The position numbers and the translations under genes are program-made. Positions 46,989 through 56,262 of a DNA stretch of 64,000 nucleotides are shown here, piece by piece. Each line of letters begins with the position of its first letter. Position 1 is the stretch's first letter. The stretch comes from a virus. Where the stretch lies: the IMG/VR virus record IMGVR_UViG_3300031772_000014, positions 11,151-75,150 of that record. One strand, given 5' to 3'. The notes below the pieces were generated by a model, which saw only the letters and a list, made by a program, of their open reading frames with translations, made no database searches and was not told where the DNA came from.

Positions 46989-49181
46989 TAACGTAGCGTT
47001 GTAACGTTTCACCGACATGAGGATCTTGCTCATACCACCAGCACCGTGGGTAACCAGGCCCGTGTAGACGTCGACGTACCCGACCGCGTTCGAGAACCAG
47101 CAGTCCGACAAGTTCTCGAACACGTAGTTGCCGGGCCATGCGCTCAAGTCTGCAATCTGCATTGGTGCACCGTCGTGTCGAATGACCCACGTGATCACGC
47201 GACCCATGTCGTTCGAGTTCACGTTCAACGACGGGAACGTGATGGCCACGATGGGGGACGTGGTGGGGCCCACCGTGGAGTACTCGTTGTAGTCGGACGT
47301 CTCCGCGTCAGCCCCGAACAGCAAGGTCACGATGAACGGGAGGATGAACGTGGTCGTCGCCCCAGGATCCCTGGCCACGACCTTCTTGGCCTCCACGGCA
47401 CCGTCGCCACGGAGCACGCCGTTGTCGAAGTACTTCCCGGTGACCGCGAAGTTCAAAGACGAAGTTCGGAACCCGCCCCACGCCAGGGCATTCGTCTTCC
47501 CGGTCTCATTTGAAGCGTAGAGCTTCGCGGAGTAGTCATTCCTGTCCGCGTTGGTTGGGATGGGCGTTGTATCCAACTGGTGCGGGGCCGCGTAGAAGAG
47601 CCCGTCGAACTTCAGCTTGCTGGTCGTCCCGATGTCGTACCCGGCCACGCCGTCGCTGACCCCGAACACCATCGAGCGCCATCGAATCGTGCAAGGCGTG
47701 TTGGGCAGGAACGTGGGGGTCGTGCCGTCCATGTTCTGGATCATGGCGACCGTGCCGCTGAAGAGGTCCACGATCACGTACGTCTTCGGGGCAGCCCCGG
47801 GGGAGAGCTGGATCTCCACTAGGTCGTACCCCTTGGCCACGGAGGTCCGCCACTCACCGAGGACGTTCGCGGCCCAGAAGTCCGGGATCGACAGGATGAC
47901 CCAGCAGTCCGCTCCAGCGTTGAGCAACACCGCCGCGGTGTCTTGTCCAACGAACGTGAACGAGCTTCCGGGGATGATGCCGGACATCGGGTGGTTGGAG
48001 GTATGCAGGAAGGAGGAGTACCCGGACCCCTGCCGGTTGACCCCGAACCCAGTGTCGTGGGCCCCGTAGGTCATGCGGCGCTGCCCGTAGACCACGAACC
48101 CGGAGGAGCCTCCCTTGTGGAGGTTTCCCTTGTCCTCAATCCAGGCAGACCAAAGAGCATTGAGGGGATCGAAGTACTCGAAAGTTGCACTTAGCTGGCT
48201 CAAGGCGCTCACCATCATGGGTGAGTGCCTGGATAGGTAGTTGCGCTCTCCCCAGAACCCGGGCTGTGCTCCGGGCGCCGCGTTCGCGGCGTTCGGGGTC
48301 ATGTACGAAATGGGCGCCGGCACCGTGTCGATGAGCGGGTCGGTGTTCCGCAGCAACATCTGGTTGAGCCCGTGATGGTTCAACTGCCAGAGGCTGTGCT
48401 CTCCGCTCCCAACACCGTCGCCAGAGTACCAGGTGGAGTGCGCGTACGCCTCGGGCTTCCCATCAAGTCGGTACAGGAAGCGGGCCACCGCACCATCAAT
48501 GCCGTTCGGGTACGGGCCATGAATGTCGGGCGTGATGAGCGCCAGGTTGCTGGCCCTACGGTAGTTGACGAAGATGCCCCCGCTGAACGGAGGGGTGGGC
48601 GTGAACCCGTTGAACGTGACCGTGACCGGGCCAGGCACGAACCCGCTCCCGATGGGGGACGTGCTGGCCACCACACGTAGGTTGTCGTTCAACGCAGGGA
48701 TGAAGTACGCATCCGGGCTGAACACGCCACCGACAAACCCATTCGTGATCGTGAAGAGATCATCGAAGGTCTCCGGGCCAGACCCAAGCCACACGTATGA
48801 CCCAGGCGGGAACGTGTATGAGTTGATAGCGGGACCGAAGAGCGGAGTGGCCACGAAGACAGACTCACGTACCCCGAAGACCTGGTGCACGACGTCATCT
48901 AGGAAGTCGGTGTTCTCCCCGAGGGCCTTGAAGCCACGATTGACGTTCGCGCTGTACCCCGGGTCGTCAAAGCCGACCCAGTACGTGAACGGCGTCGGCC
49001 CAACCAGCGGGGGAGGGTTCGCGAACGCCGTACCGCCACCACCGGTCGCCCCGGAGACGATGTTGACTCGGTCATAGACCACACCGCCCGAGGCAGGTTG
49101 AGGCTGCGAGGTACCGGGACCCAGAGGAATCGCGACGTACCCGGTCCAGGTCGGATCTACGAATCGGTGGAAGTTCGACAT
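46989..49181 (-). CDS. Tail-fibre-like protein 1 (730 aa), ending at TTA
   Basis: Protein-like up to ...KRYNAT; TTA 46989-46991, next ATG 10 nt later. The standard code adds 95 junk residues. Confidence 0.65.
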
Positions 49182-49191
49182 TCAGGTGGCC

Positions 49192-49884
49192 TCAGAACTT
49201 GATCGTCCAATCCACTTCCAACGAGAAGGCGTTGGTCTTGGATAGGCTGTCGAAGGTGTCATACGCCACGCAGGTGTTGTGCGGCTGGTTCACGTACGTG
49301 GCGATGGGGCTGTGGAGAAAGAGGCCGATCTCGGAGATGGGCACCGTGAGGAACGGCCCGTAACTGATCTCGATCTCCGGGAAGACCCTGACGAACTTCA
49401 CCGAGGTCGTGGTCGGGTACACGGCCGGCGACTGCACCTGCCCGAGCCAGATGTCCGCGATGTTGTAGAAAGGCGGAGGGTCAGGGACAGCCGGGATGGG
49501 GCTCAGGATTCGAACAGGCCGCTCGAGACGGAGCACCGTGGGGTCCGTGTCGGTCTGGATGTTCGGCCCCGGGTAGTGCCCGGCGGGCGCGGGTGGCGCG
49601 GCCCCGAGAGGCGTCGCGTTCGCGACCGCGAGCTGGAGCTGCCTCGTGCCGCCGATGCCGAGGCCCATGTACCTGATGCCCCGGTCGTCCTTCAAGGTCA
49701 CGGGGAGCGGGGGCTGCGGGGGCGGACCTCCCGGCAAGGCGAAGTACGAGATGTGCTGCGGCAACCACTCACGCCCGAGGTTCAAGAAGATGTTGTGACC
49801 GCGGATGCGGCGCACGATCTTGCCCCGAGAGCGCAAGGTGAGCTCCAAGTTGCTCGCTACCTCGATTAGAACTTTGTCGCTCAT
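49192..49884 (-). CDS. Baseplate/tail-collar-type structural protein
   Basis: HNIFLNLGR, YMGLGIGG, ISEIGLF, FDSLSKT...VDWTIKF pattern typical of fibre-attachment proteins. Confidence 0.6.
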   Translation of the reverse strand: MSDKVLIEVASNLELTLRSRGKIVRRIRGHNIFLNLGREWLPQHISYFALPGGPPPQPPLPVTLKDDRGIRYMGLGIGGTRQLQLAVANATPLGAAPPAPAGHYPGPNIQTDTDPTVLRLERPVRILSPIPAVPDPPPFYNIADIWLGQVQSPAVYPTTTSVKFVRVFPEIEISYGPFLTVPISEIGLFLHSPIATYVNQPHNTCVAYDTFDSLSKTNAFSLEVDWTIKF

Positions 49885-49928
49885 CTTGTCCTCTTGATAC
49901 TACCTGAAGTCCGTCAAGCCTAGTTCTG

Positions 49929-52900
49929 TCAGATGTCGATGACCCTGTAGAGCGTCCCAGCGGGCAACGCGGGGTGGCCACCTGGCAGGCCCATGTCGAA
50001 CCACCAACCTACCGCTTCACCGACCGTGACGAGCGCAGAGTGCAGGAAAGGCTTCAAAGGAAGCAACCCGTCAGGGACTAGACGAACGTCAACCACGTCT
50101 CCTGGGTTGATCGTAAAGGCACCTGGTAGCGGCAGCGGCGAAGGCGGCGGCCCCCACGCGACCGTCTGCCCGTCACCAAAATGAATGAACGGAAGGTCCG
50201 CCTCGAGCACCGCGTTGACGGTGATCTGGAGACGCATGTTCGTACTGCCGAGCGTGGGCTTGCCCTTCAGGTAGATGGCCACGCCCGTGACCGGGATAGC
50301 GACCAGTACGGGCCCGTCATCCCGGAGCTCGTGCCCGGTCATCGGCACGAACGTCAGGAACTTCATCCCCCAGACGTGCTTCTCGCCGTTGAGCAGGAAC
50401 TCGTCGAAGACGAAGAAGTCATCGAAGACCATCGGGCCGCCGGCGAAGATCTCCGACCCGATGGCGTAGGACAGGACCTCCGGACGGATGAACTCCCTGT
50501 CGATACCCCAGGTGACGTCCAGGTCCGAGAGGGGGAACGTCGGGTAGGGCTGCGTGGGGTCTGAGCCCGTATCAGAGGCGTTGACGATGTGACCGCTCAG
50601 CAGACCCGCCGGAGGACCAACGGGACCACCAGGAGCCAGTAGGACGCCGGGCGACGGGTCCGGCTGGTCGATCATCGTGGCGGAGCCGACCTTCTGCGCG
50701 AGGGAGTCGTAGAGGAACTCCGACCAGGACAGCTCGAAGAGCTCGAGGAGGCCCTTGTAATGAATCTCGTCCGAAACATCGACCTCGGTATCCCCGATTT
50801 CAATCTGCACAAGGAAGATCGGGTACGTGTACGCGGGCTTGATTCGGAGGATGAAGTTCCTGGTGAACAACAACGACGGCAGGTTGAATGCCGGGCTCTT
50901 CACTCGAACCATGAAGCGGTGGAACTTCTCGACCTCGTACAGAAGCCCTTGTCCCATCAGGCCCTGGAACCATGCCGGGTCCTTGATGTAATCGAGGGCC
51001 TCCACGCCGGTCACGAGCGGAGCGAACTGCGAGACCGTGTCGCCTACCGCGTAGGTCTTACCGGTAGCCGGATTGACCTCCAGCGGGAGCTTCTTCGGGA
51101 AGTTGTACGACCTGACGATCTCGGTGTTCTTGTTGTCTTGAAGTAGGAGACGCCCCTTGTTCGGGGAGAAGTCGATGCTGATCTCCACGATGGTGCTGTC
51201 CTCCTCCGCGAACGGAAGACCCAGCAAGATCTGCGAACCGACCCGCATGTTGAACACGGTCGGGCCGTTCAGGTACGCGTACCAGAGCCCCTGCACGGCA
51301 CTCAGATAGTCGAAGTTCGAAGGTAGCTTGGAAAGGTCGTCGAGCGAGAAGTCCACCGCGATACCGAAGTTGCCCTCGATGGTCGGACGGTTGTCCAGGT
51401 ACGTGTACTCAGCCCAGAGGCGAGGCACGAGGACCGTGGGCTCCCTCTCGCCGGTCCCGAGGAATACACTGTCAAACCTGATGCACGCCTTCTCCCTGAA
51501 CCTCTCGATGTAGAAGTCCGCGTTCCTGCGAAGTACTTCGCTCTCAGGGGAGTCTTTGATGACACGTTGCAGGAACGGGATGTCGAGGATCACGTCCTCG
51601 ATGGGCATGTAATGACGGCGGTAGATACCCCAGAAGTAGAGCTCGAACCTGTCCGGGTACTTGGAGAAGTACGACTGGAACAGCGGGTCTATCTTCAGCG
51701 CGACCGAGTTCGCCTCGGCCTTGACGACACCCATGTGGTTGGTGGCCACGTAGGACACCCCCTGGATGGCCACGTCGAAGACCTCGATGATGGCCCAATC
51801 AAACTTGGCGGTCAGGCCGTTGTAGAAGTCGATCTGGGTGGAGGTCACCTTCATGGGGATGGACCACTCACTGGAAGCCGTGAGGGGGATCTCATCCTTC
51901 AAGGTGAACCGCTGGAACCTGAGAGGATCGAGCGGGTCATCCGCGATGCTCGCGATACGAACGCAGTCGTTCTCAGCGCCGAAGTTGTCGAGAACCAGGA
52001 AGTCGTTCTCTTTGATGTCCAACCCGGCCAACGAGATCCCGGTGTTGTAGGTCTTCGTGCTGGTCGCCGCGCCACCAGATCCGCCGAGCGGCTGGCAGCT
52101 ATCTCCGATGTTGAACGGACCCGTGGTCCCAGCGACCACCGTGAACTCGAACGGGGCGTACACGACAACCCTGGAGGTGGTCGGCGGGAAGGGGAGCAGG
52201 GGACCCGGCTCTCCAATCACCGCCGTGCACTTGAAGCGCTTGTCGACCGCCTTGAGCAGCTTATCTAGCTGCGTCGCGAAGGCACCAGGTGTGACAAGGT
52301 TCGGACCTGGCAAGGTCACGACGACGATGTCGTTGAAGAACGGGATCGACAGAGCGAGCGTGGTCCCGGCAAAAGCCCCGCCGGCGTTCGGGAGATCTGT
52401 CGTGGTGACTCCCGTCCACACCGTGCGGATCTTCGCGAGCTCCACGAAGGGCTCACGGAGCAGGAGGTCGTAGTGGAGCCACCTGCGGTTGAACTGCCGC
52501 TGGATGTCCCGGAGGCTCTTCGAGTACTCGATCTGCCAGAGCGTGAAGAGCTCCGTGGCGGCCACTTGTGCGGCACCGCTCCACACGGTCTCGATACGCT
52601 CCCGGTCTTCGACGAGACGCCAGAAGTCCGAGAGGTAATCCCAGATGAACTTCAGGTCAGGCGTGCATCCTCGGGGGAGCACGGACTGCACGACGTTGAT
52701 GGCCGTCACGGACGGGGCCGAGAAAAGCTGCCCGTTCGAGACGATGAGCTGGAACTTGTAGAAGCCCGAGACGTCCGGGTAGAAGGTCGGCTTCACGGAG
52801 AGCGGCTGGTAGACGCCGTTCTGCGTGAGGACCTTGAAAGCCGCGTTGACGAGGTTGTCCGGGATGGTCGGGGTGGTGACCTGCGCGTACGGCCCTGGAA

Positions 52901-53990
52901 GACCCGCCGGGAAGATGTTCAAGATCTCGTAGACCTTGCCACCGACCACCAGCATGTCCCCTGGGTTGGCAGGGATGGGATTCAACCCACCGAACACGCT
53001 CGAGTAGAACTTGTCCGTGAACCCCGTGGGGATGAACTCCGGGAAGGTTCCACCATCGGTACCTTGGAAGAGGTACTGACTCCCAAGCGGCGCATCGATG
53101 AGCTTCCACGAGTACGTGAGCGGGAGCCCCTGCGGGTCGAAGCTCGCGCTGCCATCAAGCTGAAGGATACGGCAAGTCCGGATAGCTTGGTCCGGGCCCG
53201 CGTCCGCGACAGGGGGAAGGTTCGGGACGATGAACGTGCTCGCCAAGCAGATCGAATCGATCTGAACCTGCGAGACGTTCGCCAAGGTCCCGATGATGTG
53301 AACGCTCGTACCTCCCGGAATCGTGATGGGGATCGAGGACGCCTGGATGATCGGAAGGATGGCCTGGAGGACCTGGCCCGTGTTGACGGCCTGGTTGAAC
53401 TCCGTGAAGTAGATGAAGACCGCGCCGATGCTCTGGCTGACCGCGATGCGGCAGACATAGTAGTTGCCGGGTACTGGTGCCCACGCGGCAGAGCCGGGGA
53501 TGACCTGCGGGATGGACAGGTTGCTACCCGCATACGCGACGCCGATCTGCGAGAAGAAGAGACCTGCCGCGGGACCAGGAGGATCGACGACGCCGAAGAA
53601 GACCTGGTTGGTCACTGGCGTGGCGAAGTTCACCGGGATGTAGTTGAACATCGCCACGAACTCGAACGTGAAGTTCGCGCCCGGGATGGGGTTCAGCTCG
53701 AGTGTGACGTCCGTGGCGTCCGCGGAGGTTCCGACAAGGTCACTGCTCGGAACATCTACCGACCAGTACAGCGGCCATGGAGGCGGGTTCGCACCACCGG
53801 GGATCTGCACGACCCCCGCGTACGAACTGAGGAACGGCATCCCGTTGTCGCACACGCAGTAGAGGTCGAACGGAAGCGCGGTAGGCAGCGCACCGCCCGG
53901 TGCAAAGCCTCCACCACCGCCACCCCACGGGACGAACCCGTAGGCCCCGTTACCCCATCCCGTAAGTGTCTGACATCCTGAGACCGGCAT
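49929..53990 (-). CDS. Large baseplate wedge-like protein with PKD/Ig-like domain
   Basis: PPVADAGPDQ...LDGSASFDP...TYSWKL; YLNGPT..NMRVG...LLGLPF; RIKPAYT. Confidence 0.6.
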   Translation of the reverse strand: MPVSGCQTLTGWGNGAYGFVPWGGGGGGFAPGGALPTALPFDLYCVCDNGMPFLSSYAGVVQIPGGANPPPWPLYWSVDVPSSDLVGTSADATDVTLELNPIPGANFTFEFVAMFNYIPVNFATPVTNQVFFGVVDPPGPAAGLFFSQIGVAYAGSNLSIPQVIPGSAAWAPVPGNYYVCRIAVSQSIGAVFIYFTEFNQAVNTGQVLQAILPIIQASSIPITIPGGTSVHIIGTLANVSQVQIDSICLASTFIVPNLPPVADAGPDQAIRTCRILQLDGSASFDPQGLPLTYSWKLIDAPLGSQYLFQGTDGGTFPEFIPTGFTDKFYSSVFGGLNPIPANPGDMLVVGGKVYEILNIFPAGLPGPYAQVTTPTIPDNLVNAAFKVLTQNGVYQPLSVKPTFYPDVSGFYKFQLIVSNGQLFSAPSVTAINVVQSVLPRGCTPDLKFIWDYLSDFWRLVEDRERIETVWSGAAQVAATELFTLWQIEYSKSLRDIQRQFNRRWLHYDLLLREPFVELAKIRTVWTGVTTTDLPNAGGAFAGTTLALSIPFFNDIVVVTLPGPNLVTPGAFATQLDKLLKAVDKRFKCTAVIGEPGPLLPFPPTTSRVVVYAPFEFTVVAGTTGPFNIGDSCQPLGGSGGAATSTKTYNTGISLAGLDIKENDFLVLDNFGAENDCVRIASIADDPLDPLRFQRFTLKDEIPLTASSEWSIPMKVTSTQIDFYNGLTAKFDWAIIEVFDVAIQGVSYVATNHMGVVKAEANSVALKIDPLFQSYFSKYPDRFELYFWGIYRRHYMPIEDVILDIPFLQRVIKDSPESEVLRRNADFYIERFREKACIRFDSVFLGTGEREPTVLVPRLWAEYTYLDNRPTIEGNFGIAVDFSLDDLSKLPSNFDYLSAVQGLWYAYLNGPTVFNMRVGSQILLGLPFAEEDSTIVEISIDFSPNKGRLLLQDNKNTEIVRSYNFPKKLPLEVNPATGKTYAVGDTVSQFAPLVTGVEALDYIKDPAWFQGLMGQGLLYEVEKFHRFMVRVKSPAFNLPSLLFTRNFILRIKPAYTYPIFLVQIEIGDTEVDVSDEIHYKGLLELFELSWSEFLYDSLAQKVGSATMIDQPDPSPGVLLAPGGPVGPPAGLLSGHIVNASDTGSDPTQPYPTFPLSDLDVTWGIDREFIRPEVLSYAIGSEIFAGGPMVFDDFFVFDEFLLNGEKHVWGMKFLTFVPMTGHELRDDGPVLVAIPVTGVAIYLKGKPTLGSTNMRLQITVNAVLEADLPFIHFGDGQTVAWGPPPSPLPLPGAFTINPGDVVDVRLVPDGLLPLKPFLHSALVTVGEAVGWWFDMGLPGGHPALPAGTLYRVIDI

Positions 53991-53997
53991 GACGGCC

Positions 53998-55872
53998 TCA
54001 GATCACCGACCACTCAGACGGCCCCCGTACGAAGGTTCGACTCTCGTACAGGACTCGCAGAGTTCTACTGACGCTCCCGTCGATGTTGACCCCACCGGCA
54101 GCTGTCACCGTGGCACCTGGACCAGCCACGTTCTTGACGATGATAGATTGCCCAAGTGGAGCTGGGTTTGGGAGAACCACGTTCACCGCCCCGCCAGAGC
54201 TGTCTGCCAGGATCACTGGGACCGGGAAGTACAGGAGGTCGCTGTCCAGGGTGATTGTGGCCGGACCCACCACCACCGCATCGCTGAAGATGGAGTGCGG
54301 GATGAGTGGAGCCCAACCGATGGTACCTCCCGCGAACGAATGGTCCGCCGTGGCGATGCCGCCACTCGCAGCCCCGAAGTAAGATATCGAGTCCGTCTCG
54401 GGGAGCAGGATGAAGGGCGTCAACCCATCCGTGATCGACATGTAGCCGACCTGCGTGGGTAGTGGTCGCAGGGTCCCCAGAGACATTACGACCTGCGGGG
54501 TATTGATGACCTGGATGGAGTCGCCGTTGTCCTGGAGGACGTAGAGGTAGTCCGGGCTGAACCCGATCACCGGCAAGTAGCGCACGATGGTGGGCGCCAA
54601 GCCCGCCAGGCTAATGGTCCCGCTCACGGCCAACGTGGTGGCGTCGCACCGGACGACGTTGTTCCCGTCCGTGACCCACACGAACCCGCCGCCACCATGA
54701 ACGCTCCGGAGATCCCCGAGGGCCACTGTGGCAGTCGTGACCGTGTTCCCAGCAGGGTCCACGCGCCACAGAAGGCCAGCATCCCCGCACACGTAGATGA
54801 ACCCGTTGAGCGCGTAGACGTCGTTGGTGAGGTTCCCTCCAGGCAACGTCACCGCGATGAACGCGAAGGTGACGGGATCGATCCTGAAGACCTTCGTGAG
54901 AATGCCGCCATCGTTACCAAGGCTCCACAACGTGTTCGAGACCGTCTCGTAGACGATCTTGGTGGCGTTGATGATGGCGACTTCAGCCGTGAGCTCCGTG
55001 ATGCCTGTGGTCCTGTCCACCCTGGCGAACGGGGTAGACACGAGGGTGTTCGCGTCCGCCACCGCGTACACCTTGTTCGCATGCCCTGCCACGTACTCCA
55101 CCAGGAAGTCGTTCCTGAACTTCACGGACCCCACGGGGTGGTACTGACCCAAGAACTCCCCACCGGTAACCGTCTGGTAGATCGTCGCATCCCGAGAACC
55201 CTTGCGAACGAGCATGGACTCTTGAACGACATCCGTCGTGGGGACGAAGTCTCCAATCTGCGTGGTGCCGGGAAGGACCTGGATGACGTGCCCCGGCCGC
55301 ATGTACTCGCCGATCGTCTCCACGTACGCGCCGTTGAGGCGGTACACCGTGGGCGCCGGATAGTCCCCACCGAGGTCTCCGTCCGCGATACCCGAAGCAC
55401 CGCCGCCTCCCACGAACGCGTTCGCGATGAGGTCGTCGAGGATGGCCTCGAACTCGGGCGTCCACCCCCTGAAGTTCGTCGTGAAGCCATCGAAGAAGTT
55501 CGTCTCGTCAGGTCGCTCATCGAACGACGGGTAGCCCCAGTTCCGTTTGACGGTTGCCCCGAAGGCGTCCTTCGTGACCCGGATGACCTTCGTGGAGACC
55601 CGTCCAGGTCCTCCCCCGTTCCAGAGCAACCGCACGCGGTAGCTGCCTGGAAGATCGAAGCTGACGTTCGCCTGCTGGAGCGTGGAGTCGTTGATGACCG
55701 CCGTAGAACCTGGAGGGATCCCACCCGGCTCGAACTCCCACACGTACCCACCAGGGGAGAGGTCGACAGCCGTGAGCAAAACCGTCTGCGTGAGCCAGAT
55801 ATCCCTGCGAGCTATCCCAGGAGATCCCGGACCGGCGCCAGTCGGTTGATCAATGGTGAAGGTTGCAGTCAT
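53998..55872 (-). CDS. Tail fibre/adhesin with PKD-like N-terminus and beta-propeller-like repeats
   Basis: Blade-like repeats (VFRIDP, LWRVDP, VWVTDG); C-terminal ADSSGGAVNVVLP module. Confidence 0.6.
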   Translation of the reverse strand: MTATFTIDQPTGAGPGSPGIARRDIWLTQTVLLTAVDLSPGGYVWEFEPGGIPPGSTAVINDSTLQQANVSFDLPGSYRVRLLWNGGGPGRVSTKVIRVTKDAFGATVKRNWGYPSFDERPDETNFFDGFTTNFRGWTPEFEAILDDLIANAFVGGGGASGIADGDLGGDYPAPTVYRLNGAYVETIGEYMRPGHVIQVLPGTTQIGDFVPTTDVVQESMLVRKGSRDATIYQTVTGGEFLGQYHPVGSVKFRNDFLVEYVAGHANKVYAVADANTLVSTPFARVDRTTGITELTAEVAIINATKIVYETVSNTLWSLGNDGGILTKVFRIDPVTFAFIAVTLPGGNLTNDVYALNGFIYVCGDAGLLWRVDPAGNTVTTATVALGDLRSVHGGGGFVWVTDGNNVVRCDATTLAVSGTISLAGLAPTIVRYLPVIGFSPDYLYVLQDNGDSIQVINTPQVVMSLGTLRPLPTQVGYMSITDGLTPFILLPETDSISYFGAASGGIATADHSFAGGTIGWAPLIPHSIFSDAVVVGPATITLDSDLLYFPVPVILADSSGGAVNVVLPNPAPLGQSIIVKNVAGPGATVTAAGGVNIDGSVSRTLRVLYESRTFVRGPSEWSVI

Positions 55873-55938
55873 GTCTTTCCTCGCGAAGAGTACTACGACT
55901 TGTACCGGACCACCTGATAGAAGCGAAGGAAAGCCGAC

Positions 55939-56262
55939 ATGCCCGCCTTCAAAGAGATGGACCCAGAACTAGTTACGAAGCTCCTGGAAGGATACGAGAA
56001 CGAGCTAGGGCCCGCGACCACAAAGCTCGAAGCGTTCTACAGGCAGTTCAAATGCCCTAAATGCAGCGGGCATATGAACAAGCACTTCATCAGCGTCCAG
56101 CACGCCTTCGGGGATGAAGAACTTCCGATACCTAGGTCCGGGTTGAAGTGCCTGACCTGCGACCTCATCGTAGATCCGCACAGCGGCATCCTTCTGGGCC
56201 TCGGGACTGCCGCCGCTGAGGTGGCCCAGAAGGTAGCGGTCGGGTACAAAGAAGAAGGTTAG
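55939..56262 (+). CDS. Small zinc-ribbon protein antisense to the tail block
   Basis: AAGGA SD; CPKC...CLTC. Confidence 0.7.
   Translation: MPAFKEMDPELVTKLLEGYENELGPATTKLEAFYRQFKCPKCSGHMNKHFISVQHAFGDEELPIPRSGLKCLTCDLIVDPHSGILLGLGTAAAEVAQKVAVGYKEEG

Noticed and set aside
43959-46991. Single-base insertion errors or +1 frameshifts before TAG (T-TAG) as the explanation of the TTAG junctions
   Set aside because: It would need the same error at three consecutive gene ends and does not explain 5232 (TTAC). The G after TTA is explained by the overlapping SD. Not fully excluded without reads.
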